From assembly GCA_964057225.1 (NCBI GenBank), contig OZ059895.1, forward strand, positions 15,500,001-15,564,000: 64,000 bases of DNA, written 5' to 3'. Positions within the stretch are counted from its first letter, which is position 1; every line of letters begins with the position of its first letter. Below, piece by piece: positions 37,837-50,100 of this stretch. The stretch is from Auanema rhodensis (lineage: Eukaryota > Animalia > Nematoda). The position numbers and the translations under genes are program-made. The notes under the pieces were generated by a model, which made no database searches, was not told the origin of the DNA, and saw nothing but the letters and a program-made list of their open reading frames with translations.

Positions 37837-40800
37837 CATGCTTAACTTTATAGCTTTAAATTCAAATCAATATCCTTGAACACATATGGGAGCAATCATC
37901 TGTTATCTGACGTGCTATTCTTCTGAAAAAATCATTTTCATCAAGATTGTTCTCCCTAATTATCGAAAATATTTTTAGAAGCTGTTTAATCTCTAAACTC
38001 TTTATAAACTCGGCTTTGTAACGCTTTATTCTTGACAATACAGCCTCTTAGATAAGCGAGAAAGTCGGTCCCTCCTCGTTCCCCTTCTCTCTTTCTCGTC
38101 TCTGTTCTCCCTCTTTTGAGCCATCATCGTCTTCATTCTCCTCTCTCCACCCTTGTCCGTCTACTCTTTTTCTCTATCGTCTGCCAGTGCCTGCCTCGAC
38201 TCCTGGAATTCAAAATTGAGCCATTTGCTTGTTTTTCTCACTTTTCCATTGCTATTTCTTTGCCGGAACACCTTATACGGATAGAAAAGTAGAGTATTGA
38301 GAACATTTGAATACAGCCTTATGATAGTATGGGTAATGTGTGATTTCAATATTCACTGCAATATCTTTAACTGCGCTTCACATCGTAGAAACAACCATCT
38401 GATACTATGTTTGTTCCATATTTGTCACTAGTTGGATAATCATTCTTTCCTCATCTTGCTCATTTAAGAATCAACTGATCATATATCTCAACAACTCAAC
38501 TAGGAATTAGATAAAACTGAGCTTGAAGATGATGAAATAGATTAACAGAAGGCTGCATGAGCAACTGAACAGTTAACGATTGGTAGCATCGAATACAGAT
38601 CAGAAAGATAGAGAATAGAGAATCATGCGATACGCCAAATTATTAAAAGAAGCTAACTTCGGCTAAGACGATGTAGGGATATGCCAATCGAATTATCCTA
38701 TTGATTCTGGCCAGCTACTGCGGAATGCTTTTGGCGCGAAAAATTAAGTTTGTAACCTGATGCTGCTGCCGTCATCAAAAGCCTAAGCTCAGTTCTCGCT
38801 CTTTTCTCTTTATCATGCTAACTCTTCTCTTACTCTTTTTGCTTTCATCTTCTCATTCCTTTTAGTGTATCTCTATATTTCCTGGTTAGGCTTTCTGTTT
38901 CTCTTCGTCTTTCTGAATGTTATAATCCCTGTAGATCTCCTTTGAACGGATTGTAGCTTTCATTGTATATTCTCTATTGTGCTTATGCTTTTCTATGTCT
39001 TTATTTGATTGCTATCAAGAAAAAGGAACTCTCGTCGCTTTATTATTCACTTGATAACCAAACGATTGTATGCCGAACTTTTCGTGGAACAACGTTTTTT
39101 TATTCATTTCATTGTGATAATCTTCTTTTTATAACTTTTAATTGGAAATCTTCAAAAAAAGGAAGTAAATAACCGTGAGTTTGCTTTCAAGCTCCATATC
39201 GCTATGCTTTTCTGATGGGAAAATCGCAAATGTTCGATTAGGGTTTGGAATAGACTACTACTGTTTTAGTTTCTCTTTCACATCAATGTCCTCTCTTTTT
39301 TGTTACCCCTTTCTCTCGTTTTCTTTAAAAGCTTCCCACTTATTTCATCCATTGAAAGAAATTCCTTTTTGAACTGATTCAGTTTCATTTTACGCTATAA
39401 AAGTTTCAAATGAATCGAAGAAAAATGTTGAAAGCTCGCTCGAATTCCAAAATTTGCTGGTCTATTTTTATTATTTAGATCACTATTTCTTAGAATTTTT
39501 TCTTTTTAATACTTTGCTACAGTTTAGTTATTGATTTTCTATTTGCATCTCCACGTGAAATTTGACGTAAGACGCACATTTCCATTTTTCAGTAAGTGGA
39601 ACGTGCATAACGGTTATTTTGGTCATTTTCTATCTTTCTTTCCCTTCATCTCTCTATCTTCGTTCTTTTTTTTATTTCTTCAGTTTTATTCCCCCTCTGC
39701 TTTCCTTGAAGCGTTTATCTCATTTGCCTCTATTTTTCCGGTTCATTCTTTTTTTGGCTCTCGTCCTTTTCCTGCATGACGGACGACGGCTACATTTCGT
39801 GTGGGCTTCTCCTTTTTCCTATCTACCCAGCAGTGATCCTCGTTTTCTTTCCTACTCTTGCCTATAGAATCTAAAAAGAACTGCTTCTGCGCTCGACAGC
39901 TGAATACATTAAAAAAAAAAAAGAAAAAAAAAACTGGTGGAGAAAGAGCAATCTAGTGATATTAGTAGAGTAGACGAAAAAGGATGAGAGAAAAAAATGA
40001 ACGCTCATCTGCTCTATTTCAACTTGTTCACTGCTCTAAAGGCTGTGGTTGAATGGTGATGTAATTTGTCACACTCATACGTTTTTTTCTGTTATTCATC
40101 GGCTGCTAATAATGTGATAAGTTCATTATCAAGATTATTGTCTTCCGGCTCATATCCATCTCATGATGTGGAGTAGCTTTCATGCCTATACGGTTTACTA
40201 TTGGTATGCTAGGATGATTGAAGAAATACGAGTAAATGGGTTAATTAATGTGTTGTCTATTCTAACTATCTCATTTGCATATAACGCACATGACATGAAC
40301 ACCGAGAGGCCCCAAAGACAACGATCTGTCTGTCCTCTGTCCCTCGAATAGAATAGAATAGAAATACAGATATAGATAGATATAGACGAAGTAACACGGA
40401 TTCAAGTTAACTAAGAAGAGGCCGAGAACACCCGAGAGATAGGAGGATCGAAAGATGCCCAATGCCGGGCACAAGGTCATCTAACTGTCTTTCGTTCTGC
40501 GTTGTCGTTTCCATCGTGTCCACCTCTGTTCTCCTGTTAGCCGTTCGCTTGACGACTAAAATATATAGAGAGAGGAAATTGTGGAAAGAAGGATCGACGG
40601 ATTATTCAGGGTCTCATTCTCTTCATCCTATCGCTCTCCACTCTTTGGCCGGCTACTGAATAGCTGGTCTCTTTTCTTTTCCTGCAAGTGTCTCCTTCCT
40701 TTTCTTCCAATATACATCAACTTGTCGGTTTCTCCTCATTCGCAACCTTCCCTTACTTCAATCTGTTCCTCGCTCTTTTCCTCTCTTCCAATCTACCTTC

Positions 40801-42839
40801 TATATTCTCTTCTTCCTTCGTATTCTTTTTCTCTCTTTACTCTCCTTCCACGACACACTTTCGGCTAAAGTGACATCTGAAACTACTAACTTTACCTCAA
40901 CAGTGTTCAAATTCTGCTTGTCCACACGTAATTATTTTCATTTTTTGGGCCGCAAGAAATGAAAAGAAAAGTCAGTTACCAACCTCGATTTCCAGCACGT
41001 CGGTACCAATTCTTCATTCATTCATAATCCATTTTCTTTTCTTTTTTTCTCGACCTTTCTTTACTAAAATGACGATGTCGCTGTTTCTATGTGTCTTTTG
41101 CACATATTCTTCCTAGCATATTTCTTTCGAATATTTACATTTTATGGCCCCAGGCTGCAATAATACTTGAATCAAAGGCTTTTGCTTCATTTTGTCTTAG
41201 CCTTTTGCTATTTCGATGGGTTTTTAAGGTCTCTTGCTTTGATTTCTTTTTTTTTGGCTGTGCTGCAATTCACTGTGGGACATCGTACTACTCATCATCA
41301 CAAGCCACGATTCATAGCTTTTTTTATTCGTTTTTCTGCAACGCTTCTCATTGTCCTAGTGTAGTACTAATTGTTTGCTTGTCAACGGCTACCTCAAGCG
41401 TAAAATCGGTATTCCACATTTGGCTAGCTCAATCACTTTTTAAATCATTGAAGTCGATTGAACTTATGATAATATATTGCCATCCATATGACCAGCATGA
41501 GTACAAAAACCTTTCCCCGTTCATATATTCTATGTTTCTCTCGATTCTCGCTATCTCTCATTGAAAGTGTAGCAGCATTGTTGAAACCTAGAAAAGAAAC
41601 TTCTACTTAAACTTAAAAAAACGCAGACTAGTTTCTTGGTTTGATTGACTGAAAGCCATGGAAAGCTCCTTTTTCATTTAGTATCGCTTTTGTTTCTTCT
41701 CTACATGCTTCATCGATTAGTAATCATATTTCCCGATCTGATCACATCCACCAATCTTTTTGGCAGTTTTTTCTCCTAATTTCACGAAAACTATTATACT
41801 ATATCAAACTAGGAACTAATTCAAAAATTAATAGAACGTCTGTCTACTACTGTGTATAACCCGACAGTTTTAAAAAAAAAAATAATAGAACGAGCATTAG
41901 TCAGTGATTTACTATGTTGACGAGCCCATTTCGCCATGGTTTCCCGTTAACTAGAATATTAATCATAATTTTATCTATTCTAATATTATTCACTTTTCTG
42001 TAGATGAGATAGATGTGTTTTTTCTATCTAAATATTCGATGAAAAAATATATTGTTTCTTGTGGACTAATCGATAAGACGAAAATCTATTAGATCTATGA
42101 ATCATCAATTAAAAAAAAATTTCCATCTTGAAGTACATTGATTATTTGTTGCAGTTCTTAAAGTAACTTCTCTTTTTTTTTATTTTCTTCATCGCTATAT
42201 TTGTTTTGCGTTAGCCATGATAAGATGCCCAGTTATAGTTCATGAAATACATTATTCCCATCATCTAGCTCTTCGATAAGAGCATCATCGTAATAATTAC
42301 TATCATCTTCGTAATGTTCATCGTAATCTATATCATTAACTAGATTTTAAGTGATTGTTTGATATTTTTATTATTAAAGTATATCATCATTGCATTGTTT
42401 CTCAAGATTTTTGTGCACTTAATATTAGTAAAAATCTATCTATTAGATTCTCTTCTATCATATTTTAGCGTTTAGTACTCGTTATCATCTTTATCTTGTT
42501 TCATTTATGCTTCGATTTTTTCCTAATTACCGTCTCACATGTTATATACAAACTGAAATATTCTGGCATTGCAAAACTATTTGGATTTCTCAGCAACTCT
42601 TTTGAATTTGAAGCCTCGAAGCATTCTGACACATATTTTTCCATGGATCATGACAACATGTTCAAAAAAAAAATATATGTATATATATGTGCTCAACATA
42701 TTCTGCCATAAATACTGTTATCGTTTCCGTTCATGATAGCTACAATGTCTTTATAATTGTCTTTTTGCCTTTTATAACATTATGCCGTTTCTCTGGCTTT
42801 CCTGCTTAGCACATTAAGTACATTCCAAGGGAAAACCAG

Positions 42840-43320
42840 CCATGTTGTAAAAGATTCCCAGAGGAAGCTGCCCACTCGTACGCAAATTTCACGGGATACG
42901 TGACACCCTTCTTGCGCATTCGCGCCTTTCATTTTTAATTTTCGAATATTCAACACCGGCCTGTTTGTTTACATTTCTCGAATTTTTATTTTTTTTTCTA
43001 TTTCCAAGTTTTCAGTTGGCATTTTCTTGTTTAATTCTTTGTTTTATCACGTTTATATGTTTTTTTTTATAGTTTGATATTATCGTTTAAGTTTCTTTTT
43101 TTCATTTTGATAATGTTCTTCGCTTTCTGTTTAATTTACTTACCGGTTTCGCTACTTTTCGTTGCCTCGATTCATTCTTGCATTTTGTAATTTACAGGCT
43201 TTCTTAAGCAGAAGGGCAACCCCATCTGTATGTCATTATACCGTTTTTAAGCGGACTCTGGTCTCAGCCAAGAAAGAACAATTGCGCCCTACTTTCCAAC
43301 ATTTTTAGTAAACCTTTAAG
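42840..43320 (+). promoter_or_regulatory. Probable promoter and non-coding 5' exon of the RhoGAP gene
   Basis: CpG-rich patch 42870-42930 (TTCGCGCC, E2F-like), then a T-rich outron-like stretch, acceptor TTTACAG (~43197) and donor AAG|GTTAGT (43320/43321). The next acceptor, TTTTCAG, is at ~44113 before the ATG. Confidence 0.45.
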
Positions 43321-44165
43321 GTTAGTCTTTCTGTTATTTTGTTGTATTACTATGTGAAATTTCATACATAATAGTGTGTCTCCTCAGCTATTGATTTCTC
43401 CGCATCACGATCAATGAAAGTATAACTCTGTTTTTAAACATTGATGCTACTTTTGTTCGTATTCCCCAGCTATATAAATTCGATTTGAAACGTACCAGCT
43501 GATTTTTTTAATTCTTTGCTATTTCTGTCTGTATCTTCTGCTAAGCCTAGTTGACGGCTTGAAATTCGACGATCTACGAGTCTGACTTATTTCCAAGCGG
43601 AAGTTATCAAGGATATGTGGTATTTAGTGAAAAAATCATTTCTTACATTGGCGTTTTCACCTTTGATACGCCCTACTTGAAGTTAGCTTGAACGTCACAG
43701 CGCTTTTTACTTTTCAAGCTGCTATCTTATCTTCTATTATTAAATGTTTTCATCGCTAATGATGCGTTTAAATCTCGAGATCTCTGTATTTATCGCATTC
43801 CATTGATAAAAGGAGAGATGGGATTCTAATATAGTTTTAAAAATTCCTTATTTGGGTTTTCTATTATATTTCTTGGCTGCCAATGCTGCTAAAGTGAGTG
43901 TCCTGTTTAACAGAATGACTATTGATAAGCTTAAAAAAATGACTAGGTCGAATTGATGGGAGAGAATGTGCGTAAACGTGTTGTGTACAGGCCCCTGCCA
44001 TGTTTGCTGGAAGGATCATGATGTTTTTTTTCCTGTGAATTTACAGCATTTTTCCTGCCTTTATTGAAAAATTTTCACATTAATATTTTTATTGTTTTAT
44101 TATCAATTTTCAGATTTTGAAGTCGTTCTTCCGTATTTACATTATCTTGGAAGTTTAAAATTGAG

Positions 44166-47100
44166 ATGGGGTTGAAACCTTTGGAATTTTCCGATTGTAT
44201 TTCGGATAGTCCCTGGTTCCGCCAGAACCTTTACGAACATGAAATGGCATTAGAAGAAGCTTACAAAAGTATGAAGAATATTGAAACACAATGCAGAGAA
44301 TTAATAACTTGTACTAGAAGTGAGTTTTTTTTTGTTTACGTATTTTTAAAATTTCATTTTATCATTTTTCCCCAATCACTACTGCCTGTCCTCTTTGGAA
44401 CTGGTTTTTTTTATTGAGGAAATTTTATTTAGCGATGTTCTTAACACTCTTGGCTAAAGAAATACAATTCCCAACATAAAATATTTAATTCACTTGCAGT
44501 TTATCGATAAAATACAAAAGATAGTGTCTGGTCCATTTTGAATATCCAAGTTTTGAATTGTTTACCAGCTTTTTATTGTTTTTATGGTCAATGAAAGAGC
44601 GCGAAAGTTTAGTTATTTATACACATTATATTCTAAGCATTAAAAGGTTATCCGTAGCTTTAAACTCATATTTAAGTTCTGAGTCTGAATTTTGAAACTA
44701 AGCTCATATTATAGAATGTTATTCGGCATTGGGTTGCTTACTTAGAACTCTAGATTCAAAGCTTCATGCTTTTTTTATATGCTTACTCTCTCATACCCCC
44801 ATATTTACTACTTGCATATCTCCTGAGCTTTTTCGTCATATAACATTGCATATCAAGTTCTGACGACACTGTCATATAGACACCAACATTTTAAATATAT
44901 TCCGCCTATACGGGATGAGTTCGAAAAAGGCAATGTTAAACTAATGGTGTTTGATCTTTAGCATGTTAAAAATAATATTTTATAGTTCTTCCGTCGTTTC
45001 GTTTTACTTTATTATTCATCCGTTACCATGTATTAGGTGACGTCATGTTGAAATATACTTTGATAAACCTTGGATTATTCAAATCAATTTCAACAAAAGA
45101 AGCTTCTTAATGTTGAGTAGCGCGTCCGAAAATTTTTCTTAGAGTAGTGTTATCGTATTCTTTCTTTTGTTCGCTAATTTGGTGTGCTAGTTACATGAGC
45201 TGCGGGGATTGAGTTAGTAGCCGAGATCTTCTTTCTTTTCATCTATGAAGCTTAAGATCTTGTGTTCCAATACGATACCATACATGACAAGTATGAAGTA
45301 CTTCCCAATGTATGATCAGAATATGAACTTATTAAAGAGGCTTTGTATGATTGCTAATGCTCCCAAAAGATATATTAGCATAATTTAATAGTTTTTCCCA
45401 TGATTAAGGAGAATTAAGCTTTGGTTTGAAGTATATATTCATACAAGTTATTAGTTAATATGCATATTTTCGCATTAAATAAATTTACTTTCAGAGTTGT
45501 CTAATGCACAAAGAGCATTTTCCAAATCGTTAACCGAATTTAAAATTGAGACAGTTGGTAACAACCAGACCGACGATGAAAGAGTTATCTGTAAGTTTCA
45601 TAAAAATAATTGACATATATTATTTTTGATACTATTTCAGTTACTTGCTTGAAAGAGTTTGCTAAGCTTATTCTACAAGTGGAAGAGGAGCGAACGAAGA
45701 TCTTAAATGAGGCAGAGTCGCATTATTTAGAACCTTTGCGAAGGTGTGTAAACTATTTTCAATTTGTTTTATTTCTTAAGAGTTTGAAATTGAGGATTTC
45801 AATTTCTCTAAGACTTAGATCAAAATCTAATGAGGCTATATTGAGCTTCGGAGATGTTGTCAAAACTATGTTTGGCCTAATATTCAGTTCTGTTATAGAT
45901 TTCGTACGGAAGCTATAGGTCGGTGTTTGCACGAAGAAAAACGAAAATACGAAAAAGAAAGTTCAAAGTTTTACCAAAGCCTTGAAAAACATCTACATCT
46001 TAGCACGGTGAGAACTTAATTGTATGATCCTTCATTGCCGAATTATTTCCTTTTAAGGTACGTAAAAATGATTTTCGAGATGCTGATGCTCAGCTTGATA
46101 TGCAACAACATCATTTTTGTAAAGCATCTCTTCAATATGTAGCTGAAATTCAATCTGTGCAGGTTCATTCATAAATTTTTATATTAATTGCAAGTTTTAT
46201 GTGTTAAGGAGAGGATGAAATTCGAAGTAGTGGAAACTCTTAGTTCGTTTTTATATTCTTGGTTAACATTTTATCACGTTGGTAGGATAATATATTTTTG
46301 AAACATAATATAAATAAATTTTTTTAGGTCATGTTATACATGAGGATTTTAAACCCTTTCTGGACGGAGTTCAAATGAGAGTTCAGAAAGTAATCCCTGT
46401 TAAATCAAGCTGTACTTACTTTTATCTTTATTTTAGACGAAAGAAAGCTATAAAGCTACTATTGCTGAAGCTGAAGGCTTAAAGGATAAAATGTTGAAAA
46501 CTCATACCAAAGTTGCGGTAATTTTTAATTATTCATAATTTCATTTTTTGTGTTTTTTAAGGGACAAGCCTCGGTTCCAACACCATCTTCATCAACTCCA
46601 ACTCCAAATATTAAGCAAGGGTATATGTATATGCAAGAGAAAAGTAAAATCCCAAGTAATCATTTAATTTTTTTAATTTTTGTTCATTCTTCTAATCATA
46701 GAGACCATTGGACGTGATGTTCTTGGCAAATGGACCAAGTATTACTGTGTGTTTTCTCGTGAAACTAGAATATTTACAATGATTCCTGTTAATAGTAGTG
46801 TGAAAACTGTAAGTCGGAAATGTTAATTTATTACTTTCTCATTTCACTCGGATCCTTTTTCTTATCTGTCTATCTTTTTTTTTTGTCCTCTCTCAGTAGT
46901 AATTACTCATACTGACTCTCATTTATTTGTTCTTCATGCTTATATTGGAGCCACTCTCGATGTCAATAGACCTGGTTATAGGATATGAAAGGAGCTCTTG
47001 GCCAGTCGGTTGCCTTCAAATTAAAAGAATGTATACGCCGATCTTCGGATAGCATTGACAAAAGGTTGTCCTTGACTTTTTAAAATTTTAATTCGAGCCT

Positions 47101-50100
47101 CAAGTTTCAGGTTCTGTTTTGATGTTATTGCTGATGAGCGGTCCGAACCGATGACTTTCCAAGCTCTATCAGAAGAAGATCGCCGCCAGTGGCTCGATGC
47201 TATGGATGGAAAACAAACTGTATGTGCGCGTTTTGGTGCTAAAATAAAATGTTTGTTGCAGGTTTATTCTCCTGGGACGGGTCCATCATGCAGTGGAGTT
47301 GCAAGTACGTTTGCTTTTTCCTGTCTGGGCTGCTTGAGTTTTATGAATAGTATATTTTTGGAAGATGTACAAGCAAACCTACTTGTAGATTCGAGTATTC
47401 ATTCCAGTCAGCTCTGATGAGCATCTATTTTGCAAACTGACTTTTTATTTTAATTATTCCTCTCTAAGAATATGTGTTATTGTGAAGGGTTTTTTTATCA
47501 AAAATATGCCGGTGTAAGGCTTTACGAATGGCATTTGATATGGTACAATAATTAACCTTCTACTTCTTAATACAGACATTTCTTGCATTACCATTATTCT
47601 ATTCCGCTGCTCACTTTCAAATATAATCTCGAATTACATGCCCCGGATGAGCAGTTTTCATTTTCACTTGACTTTTGTTTCGAAGAAACGAAAATTTACT
47701 CATCACATGGCCATTGTTTTTGTCTTATTCCTTTCTAGTGAAGGCATCTTTTCATATGGTAGTATAGCTTTGTGGAATTGTTTTGGAATGTCTTTCTCAG
47801 ATTCCTCTGTAAGCCATGAAGACTTTGGAATTCGTCTCGCGAGTTTGTCGTCAGACTCGTCAGTTCAATTTGTCTAATGGACGTCTTCTGATTTTCCATC
47901 TTTATTTTGTGTTTCACGCATCGGAAATTGTGATTAGTGCGCAAATTTCCGCTCATATGAGTGTCGCCAATTGAGAATCTATATTCTTGCTTCTGTCCAC
48001 AGTTTTTTTCCTATTTTTTTCTAACAAGTAATATTCTAATTAGCTTACTTGGATTATATGAAATTTTGTTCCGAATTCCAAGAAACTAGAAGAATCTATT
48101 CTTTTTGTGAGTCTGAGAGATATATAATGAAATCTTCGTCATTATATTAGAATCAGCGGAAGGTCAAAATGAGATTTTCTATTTAAGGCCTTTAAAATTA
48201 TTTCTTTTTCCAATTTTATATTTTTTTTCTCTTCCGGAAGCGCCTTGATTTAAATGTTAGATGTTGTATCGAGCCAAGGGTTTTTCGGAATTCTTTATCA
48301 TTCTTGGAAACCTATTTATATTGCCAAACTGCCTCTGCCGAAAGAGAAGGACGTGATTTTCCACCTTTTCTTATGCATATTGACTGAGAAATAGGCTTAG
48401 TCGGATTCAGTCCAAAGCCCCCTTCACTCGCCTTCTTCCCGTCTTAGTATGTCCAGTGGGAATCTTCAGATCGCCTATCTTTTCGAATATTCCATGTCTC
48501 TATGTTTAGTTGGTGGAGTTTTTATCTGAAGCTATGCTCTGGCGATATGTAAATTAATATTTTACTTCGGTTTGCCAGAACTATGCATTGCTATTCGTAG
48601 ATAGCTTTCAATACTTTCTGACATGGGTGTTTTCCAGGCAAACGTTCTTTGTCTGGACATTTATAAGGTCCGAACGCACTAAATGTTTTCTTTTTCATAT
48701 GCTGCTCTTTTCCTTGACTTTAATATTGTATTCAGTATACGAACATCAAGACGTTTTGCCCTGTAAACTCACAGTTTCATGCAATTTTATTTTTTTTCGA
48801 GATATATGCAACTTTTTGTACATGTTTTCACACTCAAGTTAATATATAAGCAGCTGAGCAGTTGCAAAGAGAACAGCTCACGATTTATTGCATGACTCTT
48901 TTACTATACTAGATCCAACATTACTTTATGGGATCGTTCCCGTGTCTACCATATTGGATAAGTCGTAACATCACATGTCGTTTTTTGTTTATTGTAATAA
49001 TGAGAATCCTGAAGAAGCCGCGACCCATCTCCTTTGTCACTCTTGCCTACATTTTCCCCAAGGAATTAAGGTCTATGTTGTTTCAATACAATGGATTTTC
49101 TTTATCTGCTTTTACGTTTGCCTTTAGCCTTCTTAAAGATTTTTTCCACACTTTTCAATCTCTTGAACGTACAATTCGCAATCTTGTGTACTATCGTTTT
49201 CAAAATGCAGAAGAATTGCTTCAAAACTAGTAGATACCAGCTCAGTCTCGGATGTGACTAAGCGGAAGCTCTTTTTCAACTCAGTTAAGCTTCTTTTTTT
49301 CGTTTTCATTCAAACTAAGCTTACTTGTTTTTCTAGTATGCATTTAAAAAGAAACACTGCGCGAAAACTTAAGTTTAGTTTTTGATCATCTTGAAAGGAT
49401 CTGGTATAGCTTGCTTTTAACTCGTCTGAGCAGTGTAAAGCTTAGTGAGATGCCTTAATGGACTACATACATTTTCGGGTGTTTCTCTGCTTGTACATAT
49501 AGCTTTTTTGCTGTATCTTTTTTTCCATTTCACAAACTCCCTAGGAACTCAACTGATATTTTGTTAGAGCTTATTGGAAATCGCACATGCTAGGATTAGA
49601 TGAAAGGCTGACTGGCCCTTAATACATTTTATTCGTTTACAGAGGTCAATTCAGAGCTTACGTTCGGTTTGTCATTCTTTCCCCCCTCCTTCAACTTTCA
49701 TGGAAATTTGAACCCAATATTCTCTTCTTTTCCGCTTTCGATTTTCTAATTTCCATTTTACGATTAGTTTCTGTTCAGAAGCAAACCTTTATTCGTGACT
49801 TGAATCTATGTTACTGCGTAGAGCTCTAACATTCATAACAAGTGTTAATTATATACTTGAAGGTCTCATATTAACAAGGTCGTCCGTATATTTGTTTGTT
49901 TATACGTTTTCTTTTTCCATTACTTCATGCTGAGAAGCTGAAGCCAAGAGTTTTCAAATTCATTCTAGTGTTATTGATGTTATTGTATTAGGACTTGCTC
50001 GCTCCTGTTACCAAATTTGGACTCGTCCTATCTTGCTTCTAGTTATCTCTCCAGTTTGTCGATGTATGCGCGTGTAAAAGTAGGCGGAGCTGATCCAGAT

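Noticed and set aside
37492-37879. ORFs of poly-ER / poly-LS (also ~10777-11081, 14747-15433, 17885-18302, 35037-35506)
   Set aside because: Stop-free translations of GA/CT microsatellites.
38661-38712. GGCTA...TAGGGATA/TATCCTA...TGGCC hairpin
   Set aside because: Large internal loop and no known seed; too weak to call a miRNA.
38926-38950. TCCCTGTAGATC resembling miR-10/miR-57
   Set aside because: No complementary arm at pre-miRNA distance, and the first seed-proximal base differs.
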